Of a stretch of 64,000 nucleotides of DNA, positions 38,063 through 48,429 are shown in pieces. Below the pieces are notes generated by a model. It saw only the letters and a list, made by a program, of their open reading frames with translations, was not told where the DNA came from and made no database searches. A program made the translations under genes and the position numbers. How positions within the stretch are numbered: the stretch's first letter is position 1; every line of letters starts with the position of its first letter. The stretch lies in NCBI GenBank assembly GCA_050008535.1, contig JBEKML010000001.1, positions 66,246 to 130,245 of the forward strand, given 5' to 3'. Origin of the DNA: Minisyncoccia bacterium. GTDB lineage: Bacteria; Patescibacteriota; Minisyncoccia; UBA6257; 2-01-FULL-56-20.

Positions 38063-39112
38063 ATGACACAAACTAAAAAGGAGGGCGAAAAGGAGGCAAA
38101 ACTGGCGAAAAAAGAGGAAAAAAGCAAGGACTTGGACGAGTTGCTTGCGTCACTCCAGGAGAAATTCGGCGAAGGGGCGATCATGAAGCTCGGCGAAGTG
38201 CACCGTGTGGACGTGGCGGTCGTGCCTACGGGCTCTTTCTCGCTCGACCTCGCACTCGGCGTCGGCGGCCTGCCGCGCGGCCGCGTTGTTGAGATCTATG
38301 GCCCGGAAGCAAGCGGAAAAACGACGTTGGCGCTGAATGTTGTGGCACAAGCCCAAAAACAAGGCGGCCGGTGCGCCTTTATTGATGCGGAACACGCAAT
38401 GGACCCCGAATACGCGGCGCGCCTCGGTGTCCGCGTGAACGATCTTTTGATCTCGCAGCCGGACAACGGCGAGGAGGCGCTCAATATTTTAGACAGCCTG
38501 GTGCGCTCAAAGATGATCTCCGTCGTTGTCGTGGATTCCGTGGCAGCCCTCACCCCGCGCGCGGAACTGGAAGGCGAAATGGGCGAGCAGCACATAGGAC
38601 GCCAAGCACGGATGATGGCGCAAGCCCTGCGGAAGCTCACGGCGATCGCGAGCCACAGCCAAACGCTCATTATTTTCATCAACCAGATCCGCATGAGAAT
38701 CGGCGTGATGTTCGGGAACCCGGAGACGACGCCGGGCGGGATGGCGCTCAAATTCGCCGCCTCGGTACGCATAGACATCCGCCGCATCGCCCAGGTGAAA
38801 AAGGGAGAAGCGGTCGTCGGCAACCGCGTAAAGGCGAAAGTGGTGAAAAACAAGGTGGCGGCGCCGTTCCGCACCGCGGAATTCGACATCATGTTCGGCG
38901 AAGGAATTTCTTATGAAAGCGACGTTTTGAACGCCGCCGTGAACCGCGGCGTCATCAAAAAGTCCGGCTCAAGCTTCACCTTCGAGGGCGAACGGCTCGG
39001 TACGGGCTTTGATAACGCGCGATTGAAATTGAAAGAAGATAAAAAACTGCTTGAGGCGATCAAAAAAGGAATTATGGAGGAGATAAAAAAGGAAGAATCG
39101 AAACTGCTGTAG
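38063..39112 (+). CDS. recA: recombinase RecA
   Basis: Walker [13 protein letters not shown]. Motifs [11 protein letters not shown] and SVRIDIRR. Confidence 0.97.
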   Translation: MTQTKKEGEKEAKLAKKEEKSKDLDELLASLQEKFGEGAIMKLGEVHRVDVAVVPTGSFSLDLALGVGGLPRGRVVEIYGPEASGKTTLALNVVAQAQKQGGRCAFIDAEHAMDPEYAARLGVRVNDLLISQPDNGEEALNILDSLVRSKMISVVVVDSVAALTPRAELEGEMGEQHIGRQARMMAQALRKLTAIASHSQTLIIFINQIRMRIGVMFGNPETTPGGMALKFAASVRIDIRRIAQVKKGEAVVGNRVKAKVVKNKVAAPFRTAEFDIMFGEGISYESDVLNAAVNRGVIKKSGSSFTFEGERLGTGFDNARLKLKEDKKLLEAIKKGIMEEIKKEESKLL

Positions 39113-39118
39113 CCGCGC

Positions 39119-40120
39119 TTACGGCTGCAGCCGGTTCATCGCTGCCGCGAAGCCGGCCTGCGAGGTGCTCAAAATAAGATCGGTTTGGTACCAGCCATAG
39201 AGAAACGAGCCGGCCGTCCTCACTGCCGTGCCGCCGACCAAACCGTCCACAAAGCCGTTCGCGGGAAGCGCGCCGACATTCGTCAGGAAAAAATTAGGAA
39301 TGCTGGGCGATGACTCAAGTTTTGCGACGTCGCTCTTTAAAAAGAGCCAATTCTCGCCGGACTTGAGCGAAAGTATGTATGCCGGCGAGAAGCCGTTCTT
39401 GTCCTGATAAACGAAGAATGTCGCGTCGGGATTGAAATGCGCGGCAAGGAACTGCGGGTCAAGCACGGCTGCGCTCTCCTGCGCAAAAATATCCCCAACG
39501 GGGACGCCTTTGTGGTCGGCGGTCTGTACGACAATCTCGATGACCGCTGCATCCTTCTTCGCTTGCGCAAGAAGCGCCGAAATTTTTTGATCGAAGGTTT
39601 GAAGGTCGGCTGCATTGGACGCCATGCCGCCCGTCGAAGAGGTGGAGAGCGTAAGAACGAGCGTCTGATCGGCGGGTTTTTTGAAAAGTGAAATATGAAC
39701 GAATGGCGACGCCTGGGCGGGAAGAACCGTGGTCGACGGCTGGTTCCCTGCCGGCGCGGCAACCGGGACCTGCGCTCCGCCCTGCGCCGGCGCGGTGCCC
39801 GATTGCACCGGCTGCGCCGCGGGCGCGAAAAATATCCTGTACGCGAAATAACCAAGCAAACCAAGCATCGCCACTGCGGCGATAACGACAAGGGCCATCA
39901 CCATGCCGCTTTTCCTTTTATCCTGCACGGCGACCGGCTCCGGCGGATATTTCCCACGCGACAAGTTCGCTATTTTTACACTTTCAAACTGCGGCAGCCC
40001 GCCGCCGCTTTTTGCCATCGATTCCAGATCCGAGCGCATCGTCCGGACCTTCACTTCGGACGGCGGCGGGGGCGGCGAAGGCGCATCCCCGGGAAAACGA
40101 GTGTCCCTTACTTCATCCAT
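39119..40120 (-). CDS. Pro/Ala-rich single-TM hypothetical protein
   Basis: N-terminal PSPPPPPSEVKV. TM segment MVMALVVIAAVAMLGLLGYFAY. Confidence 0.5.
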   Translation of the reverse strand: MDEVRDTRFPGDAPSPPPPPSEVKVRTMRSDLESMAKSGGGLPQFESVKIANLSRGKYPPEPVAVQDKRKSGMVMALVVIAAVAMLGLLGYFAYRIFFAPAAQPVQSGTAPAQGGAQVPVAAPAGNQPSTTVLPAQASPFVHISLFKKPADQTLVLTLSTSSTGGMASNAADLQTFDQKISALLAQAKKDAAVIEIVVQTADHKGVPVGDIFAQESAAVLDPQFLAAHFNPDATFFVYQDKNGFSPAYILSLKSGENWLFLKSDVAKLESSPSIPNFFLTNVGALPANGFVDGLVGGTAVRTAGSFLYGWYQTDLILSTSQAGFAAAMNRLQP

Positions 40121-40174
40121 TTGTTTTCATTTTACCACGAAATCAAAAAGTCTCCTTCGGCGCTCGCGGTTTTT

Positions 40175-42304
40175 TTACGATTGCAATTGCTTGATGGACA
40201 TCCGAATACGGCCGTCGTCGTCAACGCTTATGATCTTCGCGCGCACGAAATCGCCCACCTTCACCACGTCTTCTACGTTCTTCACGAAACCGCCGCTCTT
40301 CAATTCCGAAACGTGGACCATGCCGTCCTTGCCGCCGCCCAAGTCCACAATCGCCCCGAATTCCAATATCTTTACAACGTTTCCCTCAACGATCTCGCCC
40401 ACTTTGAATTCCCGTGCGATGCCCTTGATCTCCGCGACCGCCGCCTCTACCTTTGCGAGGTCAGTGCCCGAAACGAACACGCCGCCGTCGTCGTCAATAT
40501 CAATTCCCGCAAGCCCGTATTTCTCAATAAGGCCATTAATGACCTTGCCGCCCGGCCCGATCACCGCGCCGATCTTTTCCTTCGCGATCTTCAATTGCCG
40601 GATGGTAGGCACGAAGGGCGACAGTTTCTCGCGCGGCGCCGCGATCACGCCGTTCATAACGTTCAAGATCTCAAGCCGCGCCTTCCTGGCCTGCGCCATC
40701 GTCTTTTCGATAATTTCCACCGTGAGGCCATCCACTTTGATATCCATCTGTATGCCCGTCACGCCATCCGCCGTGCCGCCCACTTTGCAGTCCATATCGC
40801 CGTGATGATCCTCCGGTCCCTGGATGTCCGTAAGCACTTTATAATTGTTCACATCCTTCATCATCAGGCCCATCGCAATGCCCGCCGCCGGTTTTTTCAA
40901 AGGCACGCCCGCGTCCATCAGGGAAAGTGACGATGCGCATACTGTCGCCATAGAAGACGAACCGTTGGAGGACATGATCTCGGAAACCACGCGGATCGTG
41001 TAGGGAAATTCCTCTTTTGTCGGGATGAGCCGTTCCAGAGATTTCCGCGCAAGATTGCCGTGGCCGATCTCGCGCCTGCCCGGCCCGCGGAACGTGCCCA
41101 CCTCGCCAACCGAGAACGGCGGAAAGTTATAGTGCAGCATGAAGCGGCGCTTGGTCGTTGTCTCCATGGTTTCGATCATCTGCTCCGCACCGGGCGCCGC
41201 GAGCGTGGTCACCGCGAGCGCCTGGGTGTTCCCGCGCACAAAAAGCGCCGAGCCGTGCGTCCGCGAGAAGAGCGCCACCTCGCCATCCAGCGCGCGCAAT
41301 TCATCGAGCTTCCGCCCATCCGGCCTCCGCTCATTTGAAAGCGCCTCGCGGTGCACAATGTCGTTCACTGCTTCCTCAAAGAGGAATTCCGCCGCTTTCC
41401 AGTCCACCTCTTTTTTCTCCTTCCCCTCCGCAGCGCCCGCCTCGGATGACGTCTTCAAATGCATGAAAAACTCTGTTTTTAGCTCGCCGATCGCGTTCTG
41501 CTGCTCCATCTTGTTCGGACGGAAGACCGCCGTCTCCAATTTGTCTGCGAGGTACGCTCCGACCGCCGCTTTCAATTCTTCGTCCGGCTCCGAAATCTTT
41601 ATCTCCACTTTTTCTTTTCCGATCTCTTTTTTAATCTTTTCCTGAAACTCCACCAGGCGGTTGATCTCTTTCTGCGCCATCGTGAACCCCTGCACAATAT
41701 CTTTCTCCTGCGCATCCAGGCCGCCCAGCTCCAGCATGTTGATCCGGTCCTTCGTGCCGGAAACGAACGCATCGAACGCCGGCGGGTTCGCAACGATAAA
41801 AGAATTGTCCGGGTTGATCTTAAATTCATTTCCTACCTGCGCCACACGCACGCCGGCAACGGGCCCGTTCCATGGGATGTCGGAGATAAGGAGCGCCGTT
41901 GAAGCGCCCAAAAGCCCCACAAATTCCGGGTCGTTTTCTTCGTCAATCTGCAAAACCGTCACGACCACCTGGATCTCGCGCCGGATGCGGTCATTAAAGA
42001 GCGGCCGGATCGTGCGATCCACAAGCCGCCCCGCAAGGATCGCCTCTTCGGAGGAACGTCCCTCGCGGCGGATAAAACGGCTCCCGATGATCTTCCCTGC
42101 GGCATAAAATTTTTCCTCGTAATCAACTTTGAGCGGAAGATAATCGGTGGCGCTCTCCTTCCGTGCCATTACCGCCGTTGCCAATACGACGGTCTCGCCG
42201 TACTTCGCGATCACCGCGGCGTTCGCCTGTTCGGCGAGCGAGGAAACCTCAATGCTCAGCGTTTTCCCGGCAACGTCAACTGAAAATTGTTTTTTCTTTA
42301 ACAT
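40175..42304 (-). CDS. pnp: polynucleotide phosphorylase
   Basis: Two RNase PH domains. KH domain GPGGKVINGLIEKYG. C-terminal S1 domain. Confidence 0.95.
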   Translation of the reverse strand: MLKKKQFSVDVAGKTLSIEVSSLAEQANAAVIAKYGETVVLATAVMARKESATDYLPLKVDYEEKFYAAGKIIGSRFIRREGRSSEEAILAGRLVDRTIRPLFNDRIRREIQVVVTVLQIDEENDPEFVGLLGASTALLISDIPWNGPVAGVRVAQVGNEFKINPDNSFIVANPPAFDAFVSGTKDRINMLELGGLDAQEKDIVQGFTMAQKEINRLVEFQEKIKKEIGKEKVEIKISEPDEELKAAVGAYLADKLETAVFRPNKMEQQNAIGELKTEFFMHLKTSSEAGAAEGKEKKEVDWKAAEFLFEEAVNDIVHREALSNERRPDGRKLDELRALDGEVALFSRTHGSALFVRGNTQALAVTTLAAPGAEQMIETMETTTKRRFMLHYNFPPFSVGEVGTFRGPGRREIGHGNLARKSLERLIPTKEEFPYTIRVVSEIMSSNGSSSMATVCASSLSLMDAGVPLKKPAAGIAMGLMMKDVNNYKVLTDIQGPEDHHGDMDCKVGGTADGVTGIQMDIKVDGLTVEIIEKTMAQARKARLEILNVMNGVIAAPREKLSPFVPTIRQLKIAKEKIGAVIGPGGKVINGLIEKYGLAGIDIDDDGGVFVSGTDLAKVEAAVAEIKGIAREFKVGEIVEGNVVKILEFGAIVDLGGGKDGMVHVSELKSGGFVKNVEDVVKVGDFVRAKIISVDDDGRIRMSIKQLQS

Positions 42305-42344
42305 GTTTTTAACGATGGGGAGGGGTGTCCTTCCCCCGCCGCCC

Positions 42345-42953
42345 TTACGCGCGCAATTTCATGATCGCGCGCGGAACATCTTCAATGTTGATGAACCGGT
42401 CGGCGGCCTCTTGTATTTTTGATGATGCGCTGCGGCGGAAGGCGGCCACTTCTACGAGGCGGCCGGCTCCCCACTTGAGATAATCCACGAGGGGCAGGAA
42501 GTCGCCATCGCCCGTAACCAGTATGATCACGTCCAAAAACGAGGACATCCTGATGGCGTCCACGGCCATTCCGACGTCCCAATCCGCCTTTTTCATGCCC
42601 CCCGCGTAGATCTGGAGGTCCTTCATGCGAAGTTCAAGCCCCGCTTTTTCCAGCGCCTCAAAAAATGCCGCCTCAGAAGATAACGACTCCCCGTTTTCCT
42701 CAGCGTGAGGCCGCGCGAGCGTCCGCTTGGCCTCCGTTCCGCCGGAACGGCCCCCAAAGTGCTGGGGCTCCACGCCTTCGCTCTTCACCACGTACGCAAG
42801 GGCGCGGATGAGCTGCCGGTCGCCCACAAGATGTTTTATAAGTTCCGCGTAGTTCACGCGGCCGTGATAAAGGTTCTTTGCAGAATGGTAGAGGTTCTGC
42901 ACGTCAACAAAAATCCCAACTCGCTGGTTGGAATAGGTAGGGGCGCCTTTCAT
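42345..42953 (-). CDS. NYN-domain (LabA-like) protein
   Basis: Motifs VGIFVDVQNLY and VIILVTGDGDFLPLV. It is inserted between rpsO and pnp. Confidence 0.65.
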   Translation of the reverse strand: MKGAPTYSNQRVGIFVDVQNLYHSAKNLYHGRVNYAELIKHLVGDRQLIRALAYVVKSEGVEPQHFGGRSGGTEAKRTLARPHAEENGESLSSEAAFFEALEKAGLELRMKDLQIYAGGMKKADWDVGMAVDAIRMSSFLDVIILVTGDGDFLPLVDYLKWGAGRLVEVAAFRRSASSKIQEAADRFINIEDVPRAIMKLRA

Positions 42954-43219
42954 TATCTTTTAAGGTCTAATTTTTTCACCAGCTTCCCGTATGCCGACGG
43001 TTCGTTTTTATGGAGGTATGTCAAAAGCTTCCGCCGCTTGGACACCATCTTCAAAAGCCCGCGCCGCGAGTGGTTGTCTTTCGGATTTTTTTTCAGGTGC
43101 GCCGCGAGTTCGTCAATCTGCCGCGAAACTATGGCGATCTGCACGTCAGCCGAGCCCGTATCCTTTTCGTGCTTCTTATTTTCCCCGATAATGCGGGATT
43201 TAACGCGTTTAGTTAACAT
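42953..43219 (-). CDS. rpsO: 30S ribosomal protein S15
   Basis: 88 aa. Motifs GSADVQIAIVSRQIDELAAHLKKNPKDNHSRRGLLKMVSKRRKLLTYL. Confidence 0.95.
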   Translation of the reverse strand: MLTKRVKSRIIGENKKHEKDTGSADVQIAIVSRQIDELAAHLKKNPKDNHSRRGLLKMVSKRRKLLTYLHKNEPSAYGKLVKKLDLKR

Positions 43220-43563
43220 TATTTTAACTATATCTCAATTTGAGAATTCTTGCAAGAACAGAAGGAATTATAAAATGGATCACGGCGACCTCTATAAGAG
43301 AATCGCCGTGGATATTTCGAGGGGTTGGTGGCGCGAAGATGGGGGTCCAACAAGGAACCGACCTCGGCCCCGATTGCGCTTACTGCAGGGCAGGACGCAC
43401 GGGACACCTACGGTCCCCGCACCGCGCCATCTCGTATCGCGATCCGCCCGACGGCCACACTGGGCCTAGGAGCGAAAGCGCGCAAACCACCAACTCCCTC
43501 TTGTTGCGTTGTAGCATGCCTACAAAATCCTGCCAAGTGGTATTTTGCGACAGGTCAATTACA

Positions 43564-44475
43564 ATGAAAAACATGGCCGAGATCCAAACCCTGCTCCGTG
43601 ACTATCTGAACTATCTGGAGATAGAGAAAAATCGCTCGCCGAAGACACGGGAGAATTATGAGCACTATTTGAATGAATTTTTGAAATTTTCCAAGGCGAA
43701 ATCGCCGAGGGACATCACCGACGGCGTCGTACGGGAGTTCCGCCTTGCCCTCGCCCGCTCCGCCCCAAGCGGCAAGGGATCGCTCAAAAAGATCACGCAG
43801 AGTTATTACGTGATCGCAATCCGGAACTTCCTCAAATATTTGGCGAAACGCGACATAAAAACGCTTGCGGCGGAAAAAATAGAACTGCCCAAAACGCCGT
43901 CGCGGCAAATTGAAGTGCTTGAATACGGCGACCTGGAACGGCTCCTTGCTGCGCCGAAGAAACAGACGCTCCGCGACCTCCGCGACAAGGCGATCCTGGA
44001 AACATTTTTTTCTACCGGCCTCCGCCTTTCGGAACTGTGCGCCCTGAATCGCTACCTTGATCTCAAGCGCGGCGAGGTTTCCGTCCGCGGGAAGGGCGAT
44101 AAACTGCGCGTTGTCTTCATCGCCGATTCCGCGCGGGCGGCCATCCAAAAGTATCTCGCGAAGCGCAGCGATGCCGAGGAAGCGCTTTTTGTCAGTTTGG
44201 ATAAATCGGGAAAAGTAATCGGCCGCGTGACGCCGCGGGCGGTCCAACGCCTCGTGGCCTCCCGCGCACGCGAGGCCGGCATCGCAAAGCACGTGCACGC
44301 GCACCAACTCCGCCACAGCTTCGCAACCGACCTTTTGATGAACGGCGCCGATCTCCGCTCCGTCCAGGAACTCCTCGGCCATTCCAATATTGCGACAACG
44401 CAGGTCTATACCCACCTCACGAACAAAGCCCTCCGCGAAGTGCACCAGGCATTCCACGGGAGGAGAAGGAAATAG
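43564..44475 (+). CDS. tyrosine site-specific recombinase XerC/XerD family
   Basis: C-terminal catalytic box HAHQLRHSFATDLLMNGADLRSVQELLGHSNIATTQVYTHL. Start taken at the internal ATG at 43564. Everything upstream in the ORF is untranslated leader. Confidence 0.9.
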   Translation: MKNMAEIQTLLRDYLNYLEIEKNRSPKTRENYEHYLNEFLKFSKAKSPRDITDGVVREFRLALARSAPSGKGSLKKITQSYYVIAIRNFLKYLAKRDIKTLAAEKIELPKTPSRQIEVLEYGDLERLLAAPKKQTLRDLRDKAILETFFSTGLRLSELCALNRYLDLKRGEVSVRGKGDKLRVVFIADSARAAIQKYLAKRSDAEEALFVSLDKSGKVIGRVTPRAVQRLVASRAREAGIAKHVHAHQLRHSFATDLLMNGADLRSVQELLGHSNIATTQVYTHLTNKALREVHQAFHGRRRK

Positions 44476-44556
44476 TGCTGGGGGCGGGACTTGAACCCGC
44501 AAGCCTTGCGGCGCCGGCTCCTAAAGCCGGTGCGTTTGCCATTTCGCCACCCCAGC
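44476..44556 (-). tRNA. tRNA-Leu (TAG), class II with long variable arm
   Basis: On the minus strand. Acceptor stem gctgggg/ccccagc. Anticodon stem ccggc/gccgg with loop ttTAGga. Variable arm ccgcaag/cttgcgg. T-arm gcggg-TTCAAGT-cccgc. It abuts the xerC/D stop codon. Confidence 0.7.
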
Positions 44557-44696
44557 CGAAATAGATCCCTACCTACAGTACCGATTATATAGTATCAAGA
44601 ACTTCTTGAACTTGACAATATCATCTATATATGGTAAACTCTATCCACGCAGTCTTGACATCAATAAATAAGGGATAGGAAATAAGGAGACCGACA

Positions 44697-45683
44697 ATGA
44701 CATGGAACAGGTTTTTGCGGCTGACTGCCCGATGGGCAATCATCGCCATGATCGTCGTGATCGCCGCAACAATCGTCGCCTCGTTTGCCGTGATCGTCGC
44801 AAGATTGGCATGGCAAGCAAAGGAGGCGTTTCTGTTCGGGTTCATAGGGCTCACGATCGCCTACGTGGTGATCTTTGTCCTCTTCGCCGCGCTCGTGCGA
44901 TGGCTGTGGCCGATAGCAACACAACAGGAGAGGAGGCCCTCTTTCTGGACAGCGCTTCGGAATGAACTCCTGGCGCTTGGTCCGAACACCGAACACGCAG
45001 CGACCAACCCTCACAACAACCGCCGGTGGAGTTACTTGGCGATAATGATGGTAGTTACCCTCTTCATCGCCATTGCGAACCCTGGAGCCCCGCTCCTCAC
45101 GAGCGGACTCCGCCACTTGCCCGCGGACGTCATGGACGACACCGCGCGGCAGAAGGTGAACACCGGATGGGAATGGTTCCTTCATGGGAATACACCTGAC
45201 GCCACCAAGCTAAGTAGTTTGCCGTCATGGATCACAAACGACCCGCGATGGCGCGGCGCTCACAAAGAAGATAGCGAAGCGCTGCCACCGCGCGAGCCAA
45301 GTTGGTTCTGGTGGCATGCGTTCATGCTCTACGTGCTCGCGACGCTCATCTACTTCCCCATCGCTTTCTGGGACGAGTTCCGGGCAGGCGTAAACGGGGC
45401 GATCGCGGTATTCCACGAGCACCGCGAACGGCACGAAGGGCGACAACGAGAAGCCCACGCAGCGGCTGTCCGGGCTCAAGCCGCCGCCGCACAGGCACAA
45501 CCACGGGGTCGGCGAGGACAACAACCTCCGCCACCACCGCCAGCGCCCGCTCCAGCCCAAAGCTGGTGGCGAGAAGCCGGCCAGATTGCCCTTGTGGACA
45601 TGGGCATGGAGATGTTCTACAGGTTCGCGCATGAGTTCATTAACGCCTTGCGGACGAGGCAGGCGGGAGGAGCGGTGATATGA
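44697..45683 (+). CDS. polytopic membrane hypothetical protein with Pro/Gln/Ala-rich C-terminal region
   Basis: GC-rich ORF. Its stop overlaps the next start (ATGA). Confidence 0.55.
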   Translation: MTWNRFLRLTARWAIIAMIVVIAATIVASFAVIVARLAWQAKEAFLFGFIGLTIAYVVIFVLFAALVRWLWPIATQQERRPSFWTALRNELLALGPNTEHAATNPHNNRRWSYLAIMMVVTLFIAIANPGAPLLTSGLRHLPADVMDDTARQKVNTGWEWFLHGNTPDATKLSSLPSWITNDPRWRGAHKEDSEALPPREPSWFWWHAFMLYVLATLIYFPIAFWDEFRAGVNGAIAVFHEHRERHEGRQREAHAAAVRAQAAAAQAQPRGRRGQQPPPPPPAPAPAQSWWREAGQIALVDMGMEMFYRFAHEFINALRTRQAGGAVI

Positions 45684-46609
45684 ACAACAGACTTCGACTT
45701 CGCAGCGCTCTATTGATCGCGCTGGTCACGGCAGTGCTCCTGAGGATCCTCACGCCACTGCCCGTCACAACAACCTTCGCTGCGCTTCTCTTTTTCTTCG
45801 TCCTTCAATTCATCGAAGAACGGTTTGGAACGGGAGTGCGCATCGCGACATCCTGGGGGAAGATCGCCGTCAGAACCACTGTGGCATTCGCGGCATTTGT
45901 CGCGCTGCGGTTTCTCCTGGGCCAGGTCCTCGGCGTTTACCCCGTAGATGCCCACACCGACTGGGGCGACTACGGCGGGTTCAACGGTATCTTCTGGGGC
46001 CACAAGGCTCCCGGGAGCATCGTCAACGAACTGGTGATCCTCGGCATCCTCGGTTGGATCATGTGGGGATACCTGCACAAGAAGAGGATGGCAAAGCTCG
46101 CCACCTACGCCCTTGTAGGGATAATCCTTCTTGGTGTTCTCTTCCCGCCATGGGCCTTAACCTGGTCCAAGACGCGCGATGAGATCGGCAAGTCCCTCGC
46201 CGAGAAGGGGGTGGCCGCCACCCTGGGCGCCGGTCTGACGCCGTCGTCGCAGGATCCGAAGAACTACCCCGGCTACGAGAGAAAGATCGTCGGGGCAGCG
46301 GACCTTGGACGTTCCGTCAATGGTCCCAGCGACATCACCACGGTGAAGCTGGAAACCGGCGGCTTCCACGGTCCGGTCCGCGTGGACCCTCGGATCAACA
46401 ACTTTGAGGTCGCCCACAGCCGTAATCCGGGGGATTGGATTTCCGTTTGGTGCGGCAACAGGACCGCGCCGAACAGGATCCACTCCACAAACGAGGAGTT
46501 CGGCACGAATGAATTCCGCTACTGCTATGACAGGGCGGGACTCACCACCGAGTTCTACGTTCAGGGTCACGGCGAAGTGACCGTCCGCACCTTGAGTTAC
46601 AATCGGTAA
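45680..46609 (+). CDS. polytopic membrane hypothetical protein
   Basis: It is coupled to the upstream gene and ends at a strong terminator. Confidence 0.55.
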   Translation: MNNRLRLRSALLIALVTAVLLRILTPLPVTTTFAALLFFFVLQFIEERFGTGVRIATSWGKIAVRTTVAFAAFVALRFLLGQVLGVYPVDAHTDWGDYGGFNGIFWGHKAPGSIVNELVILGILGWIMWGYLHKKRMAKLATYALVGIILLGVLFPPWALTWSKTRDEIGKSLAEKGVAATLGAGLTPSSQDPKNYPGYERKIVGAADLGRSVNGPSDITTVKLETGGFHGPVRVDPRINNFEVAHSRNPGDWISVWCGNRTAPNRIHSTNEEFGTNEFRYCYDRAGLTTEFYVQGHGEVTVRTLSYNR

Positions 46610-46631
46610 CGCGATGCGTTACCACTAGACC

Positions 46632-46666
46632 CCACCAGGCTCCGCGCAGCCTGGTGGTTTTTTTTT
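46632..46666 (+). terminator. Rho-independent terminator
   Basis: Stem ccaccaggc/gcctggtgg, followed by a run of nine T. Confidence 0.8.
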
Positions 46667-46760
46667 AAAAATGAGCGTGGGGAAATCCGACGCCCTCAAC
46701 CCAAAACGGCCCTCGCGGGCCGTTTTGGAAAACTACAGATTAAACCTGACAAACCAACCA

Positions 46761-47147
46761 CTAGCACGCACTGACGCCTCCGCCACCGATGAAGCTCGCT
46801 GCAATGAAGGGAATGCCCTTCGCGACGAGCGCGATGATCACGGCAATCGCGGCGTAGAGCAATGTGGCTCCTGCCGCTTTCACTTTCTCTGGATCGCCCG
46901 CCGCGGTCAGATACTTGAAGGCCGAAACGAGGACGAAAACGATCGCAGCGATGATAAGAAGGTAAAACAGCCAGTTGATGATCGTACAGAACAATCCGCC
47001 CGATCCCGTAAGCTGGGACACGCTCGTTACGGGCGATGCCGGCGCGGTTATGCCCGGTCCCTGGAATTGCGCCGACGCCATGAGCGGCAACGCAAGCGCC
47101 AAGACCGGAACACCAAATTCCTTCACGATTTCTTTAATCTTTCTCAT
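46761..47147 (-). CDS. TrbC/VirB2-like pilin paralog 1
   Basis: Signal peptide, then two TM helices around AAGDPEKVKAAGATLLYAAIAVIIALV. Gly-rich tail. Confidence 0.6.
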   Translation of the reverse strand: MRKIKEIVKEFGVPVLALALPLMASAQFQGPGITAPASPVTSVSQLTGSGGLFCTIINWLFYLLIIAAIVFVLVSAFKYLTAAGDPEKVKAAGATLLYAAIAVIIALVAKGIPFIAASFIGGGGVSAC

Positions 47148-47222
47148 AAATGTATGGGTTTTTCGACCTTTCGATGATTGCCTACCTAGTATACTGCTTC
47201 CTAAAAAACAGCGCAAAACGGC

Positions 47223-47651
47223 CTAGACGCTAACGCTGCCACTGCCCCCACCGCCCCCACCGCCACCGGGGCAAATGGTGCCGCCGAACCCGCTGCCAAG
47301 AAAACTCGAAATAAGGAACGGAATTCCTTCCGCCACAAGAGCAACCACGACCGCAATCGTAGCATAGAGAAGGATCTTGTTCGCGGTACGGACATGCTCC
47401 GGATCACCAGCAGAGGTAGCATAGCGATACCCTCCGATCAAGAACATTATAATCGCGAAGACGATAAGCCCCCAAAAGATCCAATCAAGCGCGACGCAAA
47501 CAATGCTGCTGATGGTTTGCGTACTATCAAGCACGCCCGTAGGGATCTTGCCCGTAGGAGGTTCCTGCAGTGCTAACGCCACCGGCGCGAGCAAGGTCAT
47601 TCCCAGAGCCACCATACTTACTACTGCCCGAGAAGTAAAAAGTTTATTCAT
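47223..47651 (-). CDS. TrbC/VirB2-like pilin paralog 2
   Basis: CVALDWIFWGL...SAGDPEHVRTANKILLYATIAVVVAL. C-terminal poly-Gly tail. Confidence 0.6.
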   Translation of the reverse strand: MNKLFTSRAVVSMVALGMTLLAPVALALQEPPTGKIPTGVLDSTQTISSIVCVALDWIFWGLIVFAIIMFLIGGYRYATSAGDPEHVRTANKILLYATIAVVVALVAEGIPFLISSFLGSGFGGTICPGGGGGGGGSGSVSV

Positions 47652-47668
47652 GATTCCGCAATATTATG

Positions 47669-48058
47669 CTAACTACAGGCACTCAACTGGCCAGAGGAAA
47701 CCCCAAGAAAACTCCCGATCAGGATGGGGACCCCGCGCGCCGCAAGCGCGACGACCACCGCGATCGCGGCATAAGTGAGTGTCTTTGTCGCTTGACCGAC
47801 CTTTTCTGAACTACCACCCGATGTTGCATAAATATAACCGCCGACAAGGAACATTACAACCGCAAGCACCATAAGCCCCCAGAACATCCAATCAAGCGCC
47901 ACACAAAAAATCGCCACGACCTGGTCGCTGTTCGTGAGAATGTTCGTCGGCATGGTCGCGGCGCTCACGCTCCCTGCCGCAAAGAAAACGGTCAGAATCC
48001 CCGCGATGCCCGCGCCCGGGAAAGAACGTCCGTAAAGCAATTTTTTTATCGTTTTCAT
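47669..48058 (-). CDS. TrbC/VirB2-like pilin paralog 3
   Basis: CVALDWMFWGL...SGGSSEKVGQATKTLTYAAIAVVVAL. Confidence 0.6.
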   Translation of the reverse strand: MKTIKKLLYGRSFPGAGIAGILTVFFAAGSVSAATMPTNILTNSDQVVAIFCVALDWMFWGLMVLAVVMFLVGGYIYATSGGSSEKVGQATKTLTYAAIAVVVALAARGVPILIGSFLGVSSGQLSACS

Positions 48059-48086
48059 GTTAATGCAATAATATCACGGAACGCCG

Positions 48087-48416
48087 TTAACTTGAACTGC
48101 CAAACAAGTTCTGGATGAGCGCCGCGACGCTTCCGGCAATAAGGACCACCGCGAATCCAATCACCGCGTAAAGGATCGTCTTTTTCCCTTTTGTAAATTT
48201 TTCCGGGTTCCCTGCCGCCATCATCATTTGGAAACCGCCAACAAGGACCAAGATACCGCACAGCGGAATTGCGATCGTGAAAAGAAAGTTCATGACGGCC
48301 GTCATGGGGCAGGTCAGATCATTGCAGCTGCCGAGAGGGTTCTGAAGTGTTGTGGGGTTTGACCCGGTTACCTGAGCGAAAACAGTTTTTATGCCGAGAA
48401 GAAGTGATTGAATCAT
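48087..48416 (-). CDS. TrbC/VirB2-like pilin paralog 4
   Basis: AAGNPEKFTKGKKTILYAVIGFAVVLIA. The same two-TM architecture. Confidence 0.55.
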   Translation of the reverse strand: MIQSLLLGIKTVFAQVTGSNPTTLQNPLGSCNDLTCPMTAVMNFLFTIAIPLCGILVLVGGFQMMMAAGNPEKFTKGKKTILYAVIGFAVVLIAGSVAALIQNLFGSSS

Positions 48417-48429
48417 TTCTTTTATTCTA

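Noticed and set aside
39337-40930. Long alternative-frame ORFs (184 aa, 411 aa, 300 aa) overlapping the Pro-rich hypothetical gene and the 3' end of pnp
   Set aside because: These are GC-rich antisense or alternative frames overlapping pnp, which is well supported. Their translations are Arg- and Pro-rich.
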